NCBI GenBank assembly: GCA_964511175.1
Contig: CAZEEI010000005.1
Coordinates: 3,416 to 67,415, forward strand
Direction: 5' to 3'
Origin: an uncultured Pseudomonadales bacterium
GTDB taxonomy: Bacteria > Patescibacteriota > Microgenomatia > UBA1400 > UBA1396
DNA length: 64,000 nt
Below the pieces are notes generated by a model. It was not told the DNA's origin. It was given only the letters and a program-made list of their open reading frames with translations, and did not search any database. The stretch's first letter is position 1. Every line of letters starts with the position of its first letter. This document shows positions 36,000 to 45,392 of this stretch, in pieces. The translations under genes and the position numbers were made by a program.

Positions 36000-37064
36000 T
36001 TAGTGTCCCATCAACCGGTCAAACTCTTCCGGACGGATCGAATGTTTGCGGGCTTCCTGGGCAGTAATGGCACCTGCATTAACGAGTTTGGCTAAGGCAG
36101 CTTCCAACAACGTCATACCAATGCCTCCGGAAACTTGGATCACGTTATCAAGTTGGAAGGTCTTGCCTTCTCGGATCAGGTTAGCCGAAGCGGGCGTGTT
36201 GATCAAAACTTCCAGGGCGGGAATCCGGCTGCGGCCGTCGCTGGTGACAATTAGGCGCTGGGATAGAACCGCCTTAAGCGTGGAGGCTAGTTGCTGTCTG
36301 ATTTGGCTTTGCTGAAATTCGGGGAAAACGTCAATGATCCGATCCACCGTTTCCGGACCGGAATTAGTGTGCAGGGTAGCAAAAACCAAGTGGCCGGTTT
36401 CCGCCACCGTAATTGCCGCGGCAATGGTTTCTAAATCACGCATTTCTCCTACGAGCAACACGTTGGGGTCTTCCCGCAAGGAGGAGCGCAGGGCGTTGGT
36501 CCAACCTAGCGTATCTTGATTAATTTCCCGCTGGGAAATGATCGACTTCTGGGGAGTGTAAATAAACTCGATCGGATCCTCAATCGTCAGAATGTGTTCT
36601 GCCCGAGTGGCATTAATTTCCTGAATAATCGCAGCTAGGGTAGAGGACTTACCGGTACCGGTGGGACCGGTTACCAACACCAAACCCGCCCCTTCCTTGG
36701 ACAAAACGTGACAGATATCAGGCAAACCAAGTTCATCAATAGTTTTAATTCGCAGGGGAATGAGACGCAGGGAGACCGCCGTACTGCCTTTTTGGGTATA
36801 AACGTTAACCCGGAAACGGGCTTTGTCGCCCCATTGGTAAGAAAAATCAATTTCCTTCTGTTTCTCAAAAATCTTTAATTGTTCGGGGGTAAAAAGCTGA
36901 AGAGCAAAATCATTAGTTTGGGATGCGTCCAACATTGTCTCACCGTTAACCGGCAGCAGTGCGCCATTAACCCGCACGGTAGGCGGATTGCCGGCCACCA
37001 AATGAAGATCGGACGCCTGCTGGCTAACCAAGAGGTCTAACAATTGCGGAAGAGTGGCAGCCAT
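36000..37064 (-). CDS. pilT: retraction ATPase PilT
   Basis: ASDLHL, GPTGTGKSSTL, TIEDPIE, LREDPNVLLVGEMRD and ANLIRE motifs. Confidence 0.96.
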   Translation of the reverse strand: MAATLPQLLDLLVSQQASDLHLVAGNPPTVRVNGALLPVNGETMLDASQTNDFALQLFTPEQLKIFEKQKEIDFSYQWGDKARFRVNVYTQKGSTAVSLRLIPLRIKTIDELGLPDICHVLSKEGAGLVLVTGPTGTGKSSTLAAIIQEINATRAEHILTIEDPIEFIYTPQKSIISQREINQDTLGWTNALRSSLREDPNVLLVGEMRDLETIAAAITVAETGHLVFATLHTNSGPETVDRIIDVFPEFQQSQIRQQLASTLKAVLSQRLIVTSDGRSRIPALEVLINTPASANLIREGKTFQLDNVIQVSGGIGMTLLEAALAKLVNAGAITAQEARKHSIRPEEFDRLMGH

Positions 37065-37097
37065 ATCTTTATTCTATTCTAATTCTAGGGCGAACGC

Positions 37098-38933
37098 TTA
37101 GATTTGCGCAACCCGGAGTACTTCTTCGATGGTGGTAATTCCTTCTAGTGCTTTTAAGTAACCGTCCTGTTTCATCAGCATCATGCCATCCTGACAAGCT
37201 ATTTTTTCAATTTCGGCGGCGCTGCGCCGTTCCAAAATCATGCGGCTGATTTTCTCGGTAACTGGCAAAACTTCAAAAATACCAATACGACCTAGATATT
37301 CGGTTTCGGTCGGCGGGCGGCTAGCACTAGCTCGGTAAAGTTTAATTTCCTCTGGTCGCAAATTTTTCTGCTTAAGATAAACGTCAAAGTAGGGTCCTAG
37401 GGCGGTCTTGATGTCCGCAATCACCTCCGGCGGCGGCGTGTAGGCTTCCACATAAGCCTCATTAAGGCGGCGCACTACCCGCTGTGCCATTACTAGCGTC
37501 ATGGATGAGGCCAACAAAAAAGGTTCAGCCTTCATATCCAACAAACGCGGCAGGGCGCCGGCAGCCGAGTTGGTGTGAACTGTAGAGAGAACCAGGTGAC
37601 CAGTCAGGGAAGCCTGTATCGCCAGTTCGGCCGTTTCTTCATCCCGAATTTCACCGACCATAATAATGTTGGGGTCTTGCCGAAGAAAAGAACGTAACCC
37701 GGAAGCAAAAGTTAGGCCGGCTTGAGGATTGGTCTGCACCTGATTAACACCGTCTATCTGGTATTCAACCGGATCTTCCAGCGTAATAATGTTCACTTCG
37801 GCCCGATTGAGTTTATGCAGAATCGAATAAAGCGTGGTCGTTTTACCGGAGCCAGTTGGACCAGTAACCAGAATGATGCCGTGGGGAACCCGAATCGCTA
37901 CTTCCAGTTGCTTTAGACCCAAACCGCGCATGCCTAATTCGTTCAAAGTTGGCACGTTACCGGACTTCTGTAAAAGACGCATCACTACTTTCTCGCCATG
38001 GACGGTCGGCAGGGTAGAAATACGCAGGTCAACCTCCTGGTCGCCGTCACGGAAAGTAAAACGACCATCCTGAGGAATACGTTTTTCGTCAATTTTTAGG
38101 TCCGACAAAATTTTAATACGCGAAACCACCGCGTCGTGCACCGTCTTGGGTAAAACCAATTTCTCCTGCAAAATACCATCGATACGATAGCGGATCCGCA
38201 CTTTATCGGCCAACGGCTCGATGTGGACATCACTCGCCCGAGCTTTGAGGGCAAAGCTAAGTACTGTTTCCACAATTTTGGCGATGGGGGCCTCACGTAC
38301 TACCTCTCCAGGCGCCATAGTCAGATCACTGGTACCGGCAATTAAGATTTTTTGGCCAAGGGCAGGACCGGTGTCCTTGAGCGCTTGGGTAACTTCCGTA
38401 CTTAAACTCTGAGCATAGCGTTCGGCAATGGCGCGCTGAATATCCGTAGCTGGCGCAATGTGCGGCTTAACCCGCAAACCGCTTTTACGCTGGACAAACT
38501 CGATTGCTTCCAGATCAAGCGGATCAGCCATGACCACCGACAACTCACTATTAACCCGGTCAATCGCGAACGGCAGCATGGTATACATCTTGGCCGTGCC
38601 GTCTGGAATCTGAGCCAGAGCCTCCGGCGAAGCCCCAATCTGACTAATTTCGACGTAGGGAATGCTATACAGAATCGACTTAGCCACCGCCAAATCTGTC
38701 TCGTCAACATAATGTTTGTCTTCTAAAATTTGATCCGGTGCTTTGCCGGTCCGGATTTGTTCCAAACTAATATCGTCGACTTGAATTTGGGTAAGTTTTT
38801 TTTGATCCAAAAGAATATCGACCAAAGAAACATAGCGGCGCGCCGGGCTAGAGGAAGTGTCCGCTATTGAGGCAGGCACCAATTGACCAGGCGAACCAGG
38901 CTGACCGGTCTGGACTGAGGCAGGACCATCCAT
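37098..38933 (-). CDS. pilB: extension ATPase PilB/GspE
   Basis: ASDVHIEP, PQDGRF, GPTGSGKTTTLY and LRQDPNIIMVGEIRD motifs; no tetracysteine motif visible. Confidence 0.96.
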   Translation of the reverse strand: MDGPASVQTGQPGSPGQLVPASIADTSSSPARRYVSLVDILLDQKKLTQIQVDDISLEQIRTGKAPDQILEDKHYVDETDLAVAKSILYSIPYVEISQIGASPEALAQIPDGTAKMYTMLPFAIDRVNSELSVVMADPLDLEAIEFVQRKSGLRVKPHIAPATDIQRAIAERYAQSLSTEVTQALKDTGPALGQKILIAGTSDLTMAPGEVVREAPIAKIVETVLSFALKARASDVHIEPLADKVRIRYRIDGILQEKLVLPKTVHDAVVSRIKILSDLKIDEKRIPQDGRFTFRDGDQEVDLRISTLPTVHGEKVVMRLLQKSGNVPTLNELGMRGLGLKQLEVAIRVPHGIILVTGPTGSGKTTTLYSILHKLNRAEVNIITLEDPVEYQIDGVNQVQTNPQAGLTFASGLRSFLRQDPNIIMVGEIRDEETAELAIQASLTGHLVLSTVHTNSAAGALPRLLDMKAEPFLLASSMTLVMAQRVVRRLNEAYVEAYTPPPEVIADIKTALGPYFDVYLKQKNLRPEEIKLYRASASRPPTETEYLGRIGIFEVLPVTEKISRMILERRSAAEIEKIACQDGMMLMKQDGYLKALEGITTIEEVLRVAQI

Positions 38934-38970
38934 GATTACATGGTAACATTCTCCGTGCTATCCTCAAAGC

Positions 38971-39660
38971 ATGGACCAACCCGGCGCGCTCGCCCCCGAA
39001 TCCGCCAGTGAAGATGCTAGCGAATCTCCAACCAACTCTATCGGGGCAACGACGGCAACCCCTCCTCCTACCGCTACGCCAGCCGGTATACCCCCTAGCA
39101 GTCTACCGGGCAGTCAAGCTTCCCTAGGTCTTCAGGAATCAATAAAATTATTTTCGCCCACGTCCTTGCTCGCTTCAATTCAAACCCAATTTCTGGGCGA
39201 AAAAACCGAAGCCCAACAAAAACAAGAACAAGCCGATTTAGCTAAAGCTCAGCGGCGCGCGGAAACAGAGCGTCAAGCTTTCACCGCCTACCAAGAACGG
39301 CAAAAGGCGGCCGAGCAGCAACGCGTCCAGGCTACCGTACAACTCAAAAGTCAAGCCCGCCAGTTGGGCGCTTATGATGAAAGCTCGGCCGTATTGAGCC
39401 AAACTACCGGCGGCGACCTCAGTGAACAAACGGTAGTTAATTCCGCCAGCAAAGCAGCTCGGGAAAGACAACTTAAGGAACAGCGGGCGCGGCAGATGAT
39501 GGCACAGCAACGCCACGTCAAAAAGGGTCCTCAACCGGAAGGCGGCGAAGGCAAGGTGAGTTTGGTCGACCAAATGACTACTGGCCAAGAAACAGTGACT
39601 ACACCGGCCGAAGACCAAGACGCCCTCCAACGCCAGGCTGAGCAGGCGCTTGGCGAATAA
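38971..39660 (+). CDS. hypothetical low-complexity/coiled-coil protein
   Basis: 229-aa Q/A/E-rich ORF, TGCTATCCT 6 nt before the ATG, divergent from pilB. Confidence 0.65.
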   Translation: MDQPGALAPESASEDASESPTNSIGATTATPPPTATPAGIPPSSLPGSQASLGLQESIKLFSPTSLLASIQTQFLGEKTEAQQKQEQADLAKAQRRAETERQAFTAYQERQKAAEQQRVQATVQLKSQARQLGAYDESSAVLSQTTGGDLSEQTVVNSASKAARERQLKEQRARQMMAQQRHVKKGPQPEGGEGKVSLVDQMTTGQETVTTPAEDQDALQRQAEQALGE

Positions 39661-39679
39661 GCTTGGTAAAATAGCTCCC

Positions 39680-40441
39680 ATGTCGGCATTGCGCATAGTT
39701 GAGTTAACTGCCTCGATTAATAACCAGGAAATTTTGCACGGCCTGTCTTTAACGGTTAAACCGGGTGAAATTCACGCAGTCATGGGTCCAAATGGTGCCG
39801 GCAAGTCAACTTTAGCAGCTACTTTGGCCGGCCATCCAGCTTACCAAGTGGGCGCCACTTCACGTTTACAACTAGATCGCCACAATCTCGTGACGCTTAC
39901 GCCCGACGAACGGGCGCGGTTGGGTTTATTCCTGGCTTTCCAATATCCTACTGAAATTCCAGGTGTTTCGGTCCAAAACTTTTTGCGAGCCATGTGGGAG
40001 GCGCGGTTTGGACCACTGGGACCACAAAACCGCTATCCTTCCGTGTTAGCTTTGCGCCAATATTTAACCCAGCTGGCCCAAGAACTTTCGATCAAACCAG
40101 AATTGCTGCGACGCAACCTGAATGAGGGTTTTTCTGGTGGCGAAAGGAAGCGTCTAGAGATTTTGCAGATGGCAGTTTTTGAACCTAGGTACGCTATTTT
40201 GGATGAAACGGATTCTGGGCTGGATATCGATGCTATTAAAATTGTGGCTCAGGGAGCGCAGACTATTGTGAACCGCTTCCATACTGGCATTATTATAATT
40301 ACTCACTACCAACGTATCCTCCAATTTTTGCGGCCAGATTTTGTCCACGTTTTGGCGGGCGGCAAAATTGTGACCAGCGGTGGTGTCGAGTTAGCTGATA
40401 AACTAGAAAAGGAAGGGTACGCCCAATATCAAAACTTATGA
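39680..40441 (+). CDS. sufC: Fe-S cluster assembly ATPase SufC
   Basis: MGPNGAGKSTL, FLAFQYP, NEGFSGGERKR, LDETDSGLDIDA and ITHY motifs. Confidence 0.96.
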   Translation: MSALRIVELTASINNQEILHGLSLTVKPGEIHAVMGPNGAGKSTLAATLAGHPAYQVGATSRLQLDRHNLVTLTPDERARLGLFLAFQYPTEIPGVSVQNFLRAMWEARFGPLGPQNRYPSVLALRQYLTQLAQELSIKPELLRRNLNEGFSGGERKRLEILQMAVFEPRYAILDETDSGLDIDAIKIVAQGAQTIVNRFHTGIIIITHYQRILQFLRPDFVHVLAGGKIVTSGGVELADKLEKEGYAQYQNL

Positions 40442-40929
40442 ATGAATCAGTCCGTCAACCACAACAATTAACTCCTAACGTCAAACTGCTCCAAAAAATA
40501 GCCTTGGTTAGCCAGGGCAAAGTTCTCCTGTTACGCCGCGATGCGGCTTCGTTCTCCCGCCCCGGCGCTTGGGATTTACCAGGCGGCAACTCTGAATGGC
40601 CCGCCACCACTGAGCCAACGGTCAATCTGCACCAAATTGATGCTGCCAGGGAAGTAGAAGAAGAAACCGGGATTGGCCTCACACCCGACCAGTTTGCGTT
40701 GGCAAATTTAATTCATCTAGAAACCCATTTTGACCCAGAGCGACAAATCTTCACGGTTTTACTGGGTTGGCGAATAGTTTTACCTGACTCTTTTGGTCTT
40801 GAGTCGATTCGTCTTAGTCAGGAGCACACTGATTACCTTTGGAGCAAACTGGACGAAGCCAGTTTAATGGACTTTGGTGGAAATAAAGGCCAATTTATGC
40901 AACGTATTTTACAGGAAGCAGCCGCTTAA
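40438..40929 (+). CDS. NUDIX hydrolase
   Basis: WDLPGG and AAREVEEETG (Nudix box with insertion), LSQEH. Confidence 0.9.
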   Translation: MNESVRQPQQLTPNVKLLQKIALVSQGKVLLLRRDAASFSRPGAWDLPGGNSEWPATTEPTVNLHQIDAAREVEEETGIGLTPDQFALANLIHLETHFDPERQIFTVLLGWRIVLPDSFGLESIRLSQEHTDYLWSKLDEASLMDFGGNKGQFMQRILQEAAA

Positions 40930-40970
40930 AAATTCTTGTTTTGCGCCGTTTGGTAACTATCTCATCAGGA

Positions 40971-41010
40971 TGTTCTGTTTATTTGTACATATGTACAAAT
41001 TCTCTGAACA
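40971..41010. promoter_or_regulatory. 40-bp palindromic element, copy 1 (putative operator)
   Basis: TGTTC-tgttt-ATTTGTACATATGTACAAAT-tctct-GAACA; recurs at 60788-60827. Confidence 0.7.
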
Positions 41011-41281
41011 CGATAAAAAGGCACTCTATCTGCGTCGTGGTCTAGAAACCAGAATCATCTCAGCAGGTGAATTTAGGCAAGATATGTTTATTTTACACCG
41101 CCAATTTTTGCACCCTCACACCGAGCAACAATATCTCATTGTTGTGCGTAATATGAAGGAAGGACATGACATGTTTCTCGTTACTCCTCTAGATCCGCTT
41201 GGCCGTTTTGAAGTACAAGAGTATATGAATTATGTTCAATCCGAATTAACCTATTACCGACAAAAGGGGTTGTTACCATGA
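40991..41281 (+). CDS. Phd/YefM-like antitoxin-fold protein (start uncertain: 40970 or 40991)
   Basis: RIISAGEFRQDM, YLIVVRNMK and FLVTPLD match the Phd/YefM pattern; ATGA overlap with the downstream PIN-like gene. Confidence 0.55.
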   Translation: MYKFSEHDKKALYLRRGLETRIISAGEFRQDMFILHRQFLHPHTEQQYLIVVRNMKEGHDMFLVTPLDPLGRFEVQEYMNYVQSELTYYRQKGLLP

Positions 41282-41658
41282 CTGGCGGTCTTCTCGTAGA
41301 CGAAGTTGCCTTTCTTTATCTGGCACAACAGCGAAATAGGGCCTACCGCAACTTGCTGCGCGAAAGCTTTCAGAATAATGCCGCTTTATACCTTCTGCCG
41401 GAAGTGGTTTTATACCTCTACCAACACCAAAATTTAAACTTGCCTCTCAGTGTTTTTGAACCGTTTCGGTTGCTAACCCCAGAAACAGCCGTATTGGTCG
41501 GAGCTTGCCGCTGGGCCGTCAAAAAACAACTGCCACTACACCGAGCCTTAATTATTTATGCGGCCCACTTCTATCGCACTAGGGTAGCAATTATCGATTA
41601 CCACCTTTATGGTGGTTTGGGTCTGCCACACCACTATCGGCATTACATTAGCGGGTAG
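41278..41658 (+). CDS. PIN (VapC)-like protein with degenerate active site
   Basis: LLVDEVAF, LYLLPEVVLYL, LPLHRALIIYAA and VAIIDYHL follow the PIN layout; the second and third acidic positions appear replaced. Confidence 0.6.
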   Translation: MTGGLLVDEVAFLYLAQQRNRAYRNLLRESFQNNAALYLLPEVVLYLYQHQNLNLPLSVFEPFRLLTPETAVLVGACRWAVKKQLPLHRALIIYAAHFYRTRVAIIDYHLYGGLGLPHHYRHYISG

Positions 41659-41674
41659 CAGGTACAATACACCC

Positions 41675-43105
41675 ATGGCGCGCTTTGCCCCTATCCACAG
41701 TCAGACTCCAGTCAACAATTTGACTGATCAGCCATATGAACATGGTTATTCTTTTAGTACCGCCGATTATGCCCTTATTACGGAACCGGGAATCAACCAA
41801 CGCATTGTGGAATTAATTAGCCACCATAAGAATGAACCGGATTGGATGCGTCGGCTTCGCCTGGATGCCTTACACCAATTCTTGGCTAAACCTTTGCCGA
41901 CTTGGGGAGCCGATTTGTCGGGCATTAATTTTGATACCCTTCACTACTATCTTCGGCCGCTCAGTCAAGCGGCTAAAACTTGGGCGGAAGTACCGGCGGA
42001 CATCAAAACCACTTTCGAACGGATTGGCGTACCGAAAGCTGAACGGGAATACTTAGCCGGGGTCAAAATGCAGTACGACAGCGAGGTGGTGTATGGTTCG
42101 CTGAAAAAACAGTGGGAACAAGACGGCGTTATTTTCCTGTCTATGGACGAAGGACTAGCGCAATATCCCGACTTGGTGCGGGAGTATTTTGGCAGAATTA
42201 TTCCAGCCGGCGATAACAAATTTGCCGCTCTCAACACCGCCGTTTGGAGCGGCGGATCATTCGTTTACGTGCCGCCTGGCGTAGAAGTAAAAATGCCTCT
42301 CCAAACCTACTTTCGCATTAATGCCCGTAGTGCCGGCCAGTTTGAGCGTACTTTGGTTATTGTCGACGAGGGCGCCAAAGTTCACTACCAAGAAGGCTGC
42401 ACTGCTCCTTCTTTTACGGAAAGCTCTCTGCACGCAGCGGTCGTGGAGATTATTGTAAAAAAGGGTGCTCGCTGCCAGTACACCACCGTCCAAAATTGGT
42501 ACAAAAATGTTTACAACCTAGTGACCAAGCGAGCCAAAGTGGCGGCGGAGGGGACTATGGTCTGGACCGACTTCAACCTGGGCTCAAAAGTAACGATGAA
42601 ATATCCTGGGTTTATCTTGGCCGGCGCCGGTGCAACCGGAGAAGTTTTATCCATGGCCATCGCCGGCGCCGGCCAGCACCAAGACACCGGCAGTAAGGCC
42701 ATTCATCTGGCTCCGCACACCAGTTCGACTATCGTCGCCAAATCGATTAGTAAGGATGGCGGGCGGGCGGGCTATCGTGGTCTAGTTCACGTCAGCCCGC
42801 CCGCCCACCACAGCAAAAACAAAGTCGTCTGCGACGCTCTCATTTTGGATCCGCGCAGCCGCAGCGACACCTATCCCACACAGCGCGTCTATACCAGCCA
42901 AGTACAGTTAGAGCACGAAGCCACCGTCAGCCGCATTGGTGAAGAACAGCTTTTTTACCTAATGAGCCGCGGCCTCACCGAAGAAGCGGCTGGTAAAATG
43001 ATCGTTCGGGGTTTTGCTGAACCATTGGTTAAGAAACTACCGCTCGAGTACGCAGTGGAAATGAATCGCCTCATCGACCTGGAAATGGAGGGATCCATTG
43101 GTTAA
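41675..43105 (+). CDS. sufB: Fe-S cluster assembly protein SufB
   Basis: EPDWM, DNKFAALNTAVWSGGSF, GQFERTL, EGCTAP, HEATVS and FYLMSRG motifs. Confidence 0.97.
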   Translation: MARFAPIHSQTPVNNLTDQPYEHGYSFSTADYALITEPGINQRIVELISHHKNEPDWMRRLRLDALHQFLAKPLPTWGADLSGINFDTLHYYLRPLSQAAKTWAEVPADIKTTFERIGVPKAEREYLAGVKMQYDSEVVYGSLKKQWEQDGVIFLSMDEGLAQYPDLVREYFGRIIPAGDNKFAALNTAVWSGGSFVYVPPGVEVKMPLQTYFRINARSAGQFERTLVIVDEGAKVHYQEGCTAPSFTESSLHAAVVEIIVKKGARCQYTTVQNWYKNVYNLVTKRAKVAAEGTMVWTDFNLGSKVTMKYPGFILAGAGATGEVLSMAIAGAGQHQDTGSKAIHLAPHTSSTIVAKSISKDGGRAGYRGLVHVSPPAHHSKNKVVCDALILDPRSRSDTYPTQRVYTSQVQLEHEATVSRIGEEQLFYLMSRGLTEEAAGKMIVRGFAEPLVKKLPLEYAVEMNRLIDLEMEGSIG

Positions 43106-43610
43106 AGTTTTCACCATCAACTCGGCTGATCAGTTACACGTCATTAAGCTGGTTCGATCCGGCCACTACCGTGTCGAAATTAAGGCCGAGGGAGCGCGAG
43201 TGGAAATCAGGGGTGATTGGCTGGTGCGAGGTAAAACCAAAACTGCCATCACACTGGAGGTCATCCACGCGGCGCGGCACACCCATTCTAATACTCTGCT
43301 ACGCGGGGTAGTCGACGACCAAGCCCAGCTGCAACTCCAAGGCACGATCATTGTCGAACCTGGCGCTCAAGATACCAACGCTTTCCTCACGGAAAATATT
43401 CTCCTACTCAGCGACCGGGCCGTAGCTCATGCCATACCCAACCTGGAAATTAGCGCCAACGAAGTAAAGTGTTCCCACGCGGCCACCGTTAGCCCGATTC
43501 CGGAAGAGTACTTGTTTTATCTCCAGTCGCGCGGGCTGACCCGGAAAACGGCACAAAAAATGATTGTGGATGGTTTTTTGGCAAAAACTACCGCAAACTC
43601 GCCGGCCTAA
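43098..43610 (+). CDS. sufD: short SufD (C-terminal beta-helix portion only)
   Basis: PNLEISANEVKCSHAATV and LFYLQSRGL motifs; only 170 aa. Confidence 0.85.
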   Translation: MVKVFTINSADQLHVIKLVRSGHYRVEIKAEGARVEIRGDWLVRGKTKTAITLEVIHAARHTHSNTLLRGVVDDQAQLQLQGTIIVEPGAQDTNAFLTENILLLSDRAVAHAIPNLEISANEVKCSHAATVSPIPEEYLFYLQSRGLTRKTAQKMIVDGFLAKTTANSPA

Positions 43611-45099
43611 AACCCACCCGGCGTCGTTGTCGCCTGCCGGTTTCGCGCACTTCCTCTTGATTGTCTTTTTGCTTCGCCAATGCCTCCACTACCATAGCGT
43701 GATTAACTAACATCGGCTTTTTGCGCCGCGACTCATCCAATAACAACTGTTCATTAACTTGGAAAAGTGCCTGTTCCAAAGCGGCGGCTAATTCAGCCTG
43801 GGCCACATCCTCACTCACCGTAGCCAATTCGTCCCAATGCAGACGACCGAAAATCTTACGTCTAGCCTTACGCTCTAATCGTTGGACATGCAATCGCAAT
43901 ACTTGTTTTCTTTCCTCAAAGGTGGGTAATTCAAAAGTGAAAACCCGGCTACCAAATCGGCCAGCCCGGTAGAGAGCGGGGTCGAGGTTATCCTTCCGGT
44001 TAGTAGCGGCAACCACTAGGTAGTTATTACCGGCAGTCGCGCCACCAACATATCCCAACATTTGATTCATAGCCGCGGTTCGATACTCATTAGTACTATG
44101 ACCACGCGCACTAAACAAAAGATCTAAATCATCGAAAAAGATAATGGAAAATACTCCGGGAAGCTGTCCCTTAGCATCATTAAAGATGGTTTGGATATTT
44201 CTTTCTAAATCGCCCACTAAGCCGCCAATATAAAATGAGGAATCAACCAAAACAAAACGGCATCTAGCTTGATTAGCCAGGGCTTCAATCATTAGAGTTT
44301 TACCTGTTCCTGGCGGACCAACCAACAAGATACCCGGGGGCAATTCAACTCCTAACTGCTCCCGACGCTGAGGATCGGCAATGGCCCTAGCCAGGGCCAT
44401 CATGCTACGCACAATTTCCCGATTACCAACAATGTCGTGAAAAGTATGTTTCGGCTCAATTGGACTAAGCGACCAAACCGGTTTTTCAGCCTTCTTGCTC
44501 GGTGGTTCAGGTGACGCTTTTTTTACCTCAGACTCAGCTTTGACTGTTTTGGGCTGTCTAGTCTTTAGGTCTAATTCATATACATTCGAAGAGGGCAGAG
44601 CTCCATATTCATTGTAAGCAAAATAAATCATGGTCGCGAGAAAAGTGACTAATTCGTTTAATATGCGTCTCACTTCAGCAACCTCGGGCTTACCATTCAC
44701 CATGATGCGCAGCCCATTATGCAGGCTATTTTCCAGAATAAACTGCGTCCCGGAACGACTTTGAAAAACCGGAAAACCGTGTACCAGTTTCAGCTCATAC
44801 GCCTTACTTAGAGCCATTATTAAAGGCTGAAAATCAATCGAGGGAATTTCCTCATAGTAAGGATTAACCTGGGTTACAATCTGAAAACCCCGCTCGGTAG
44901 GTATTATGTCCGACTGCAGTAAATTGATCGGATCACAATCCTCATAGTACTGGAAACCAATCGTATGTGGGTAGCCATCCTGAATAACTTGCAGATACTC
45001 CCGAGGATGACCAAATAATCTTACGTGAAATTCTGACTGTGGCGCTTTTTCTGGAGAAGTATGTTTAGTCCCTGTCTCTAACCGATTTTGTCCTGCCAT
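43588..45099 (-). CDS. AAA+ ATPase (CDC48/FtsH/ARC-type module) with unknown N-terminal domain
   Basis: GILLVGPPGTGKT, IIFFDDLD and AATNRKDNLDPALYRAGRF motifs; C-terminal RRRVGF. Confidence 0.88.
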   Translation of the reverse strand: MAGQNRLETGTKHTSPEKAPQSEFHVRLFGHPREYLQVIQDGYPHTIGFQYYEDCDPINLLQSDIIPTERGFQIVTQVNPYYEEIPSIDFQPLIMALSKAYELKLVHGFPVFQSRSGTQFILENSLHNGLRIMVNGKPEVAEVRRILNELVTFLATMIYFAYNEYGALPSSNVYELDLKTRQPKTVKAESEVKKASPEPPSKKAEKPVWSLSPIEPKHTFHDIVGNREIVRSMMALARAIADPQRREQLGVELPPGILLVGPPGTGKTLMIEALANQARCRFVLVDSSFYIGGLVGDLERNIQTIFNDAKGQLPGVFSIIFFDDLDLLFSARGHSTNEYRTAAMNQMLGYVGGATAGNNYLVVAATNRKDNLDPALYRAGRFGSRVFTFELPTFEERKQVLRLHVQRLERKARRKIFGRLHWDELATVSEDVAQAELAAALEQALFQVNEQLLLDESRRKKPMLVNHAMVVEALAKQKDNQEEVRETGRRQRRRVGFRPASLR

Positions 45100-45212
45100 T
45101 ATCTGGTTCTCCTGCGTAGTCCGCTAAATTGTTAGAAGTTTACCACCCTCGACTGAACGCGCAAGCATCAGATTGGTAATTGTGTTAGAATTAAGGAACA
45201 ACTAACAACAAC

Positions 45213-45346
45213 GTTAACTTGGCTTCCAACCAGGGAGTTGGCCGGGGTCGCAACCGGTTCGGGTAAGCCCGTCACAGCCGGAATAAGTAGCAAACGGTGG
45301 CACCTTCGTCCCGAACCGTGCAGGGGAAATGGGAGGGTGCCTTTTT
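45213..45346 (+). ncRNA. T-box riboswitch (Ser) upstream of serS
   Basis: Antiterminator ACGG-TGGCACC-TTCG-tcc-CGAA-CCGT (45294-45319); overlapping terminator GGCACCTTC/GAGGGTGCC-TTTTT; F-box-like CCCGTCAC; TCC in a short hairpin loop at 45225-45227. Confidence 0.85.
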
Positions 45347-45392
45347 AGCACTCTCTATAGTCGACTGCTAACAAAACAGCAAAGGAGAAAAG

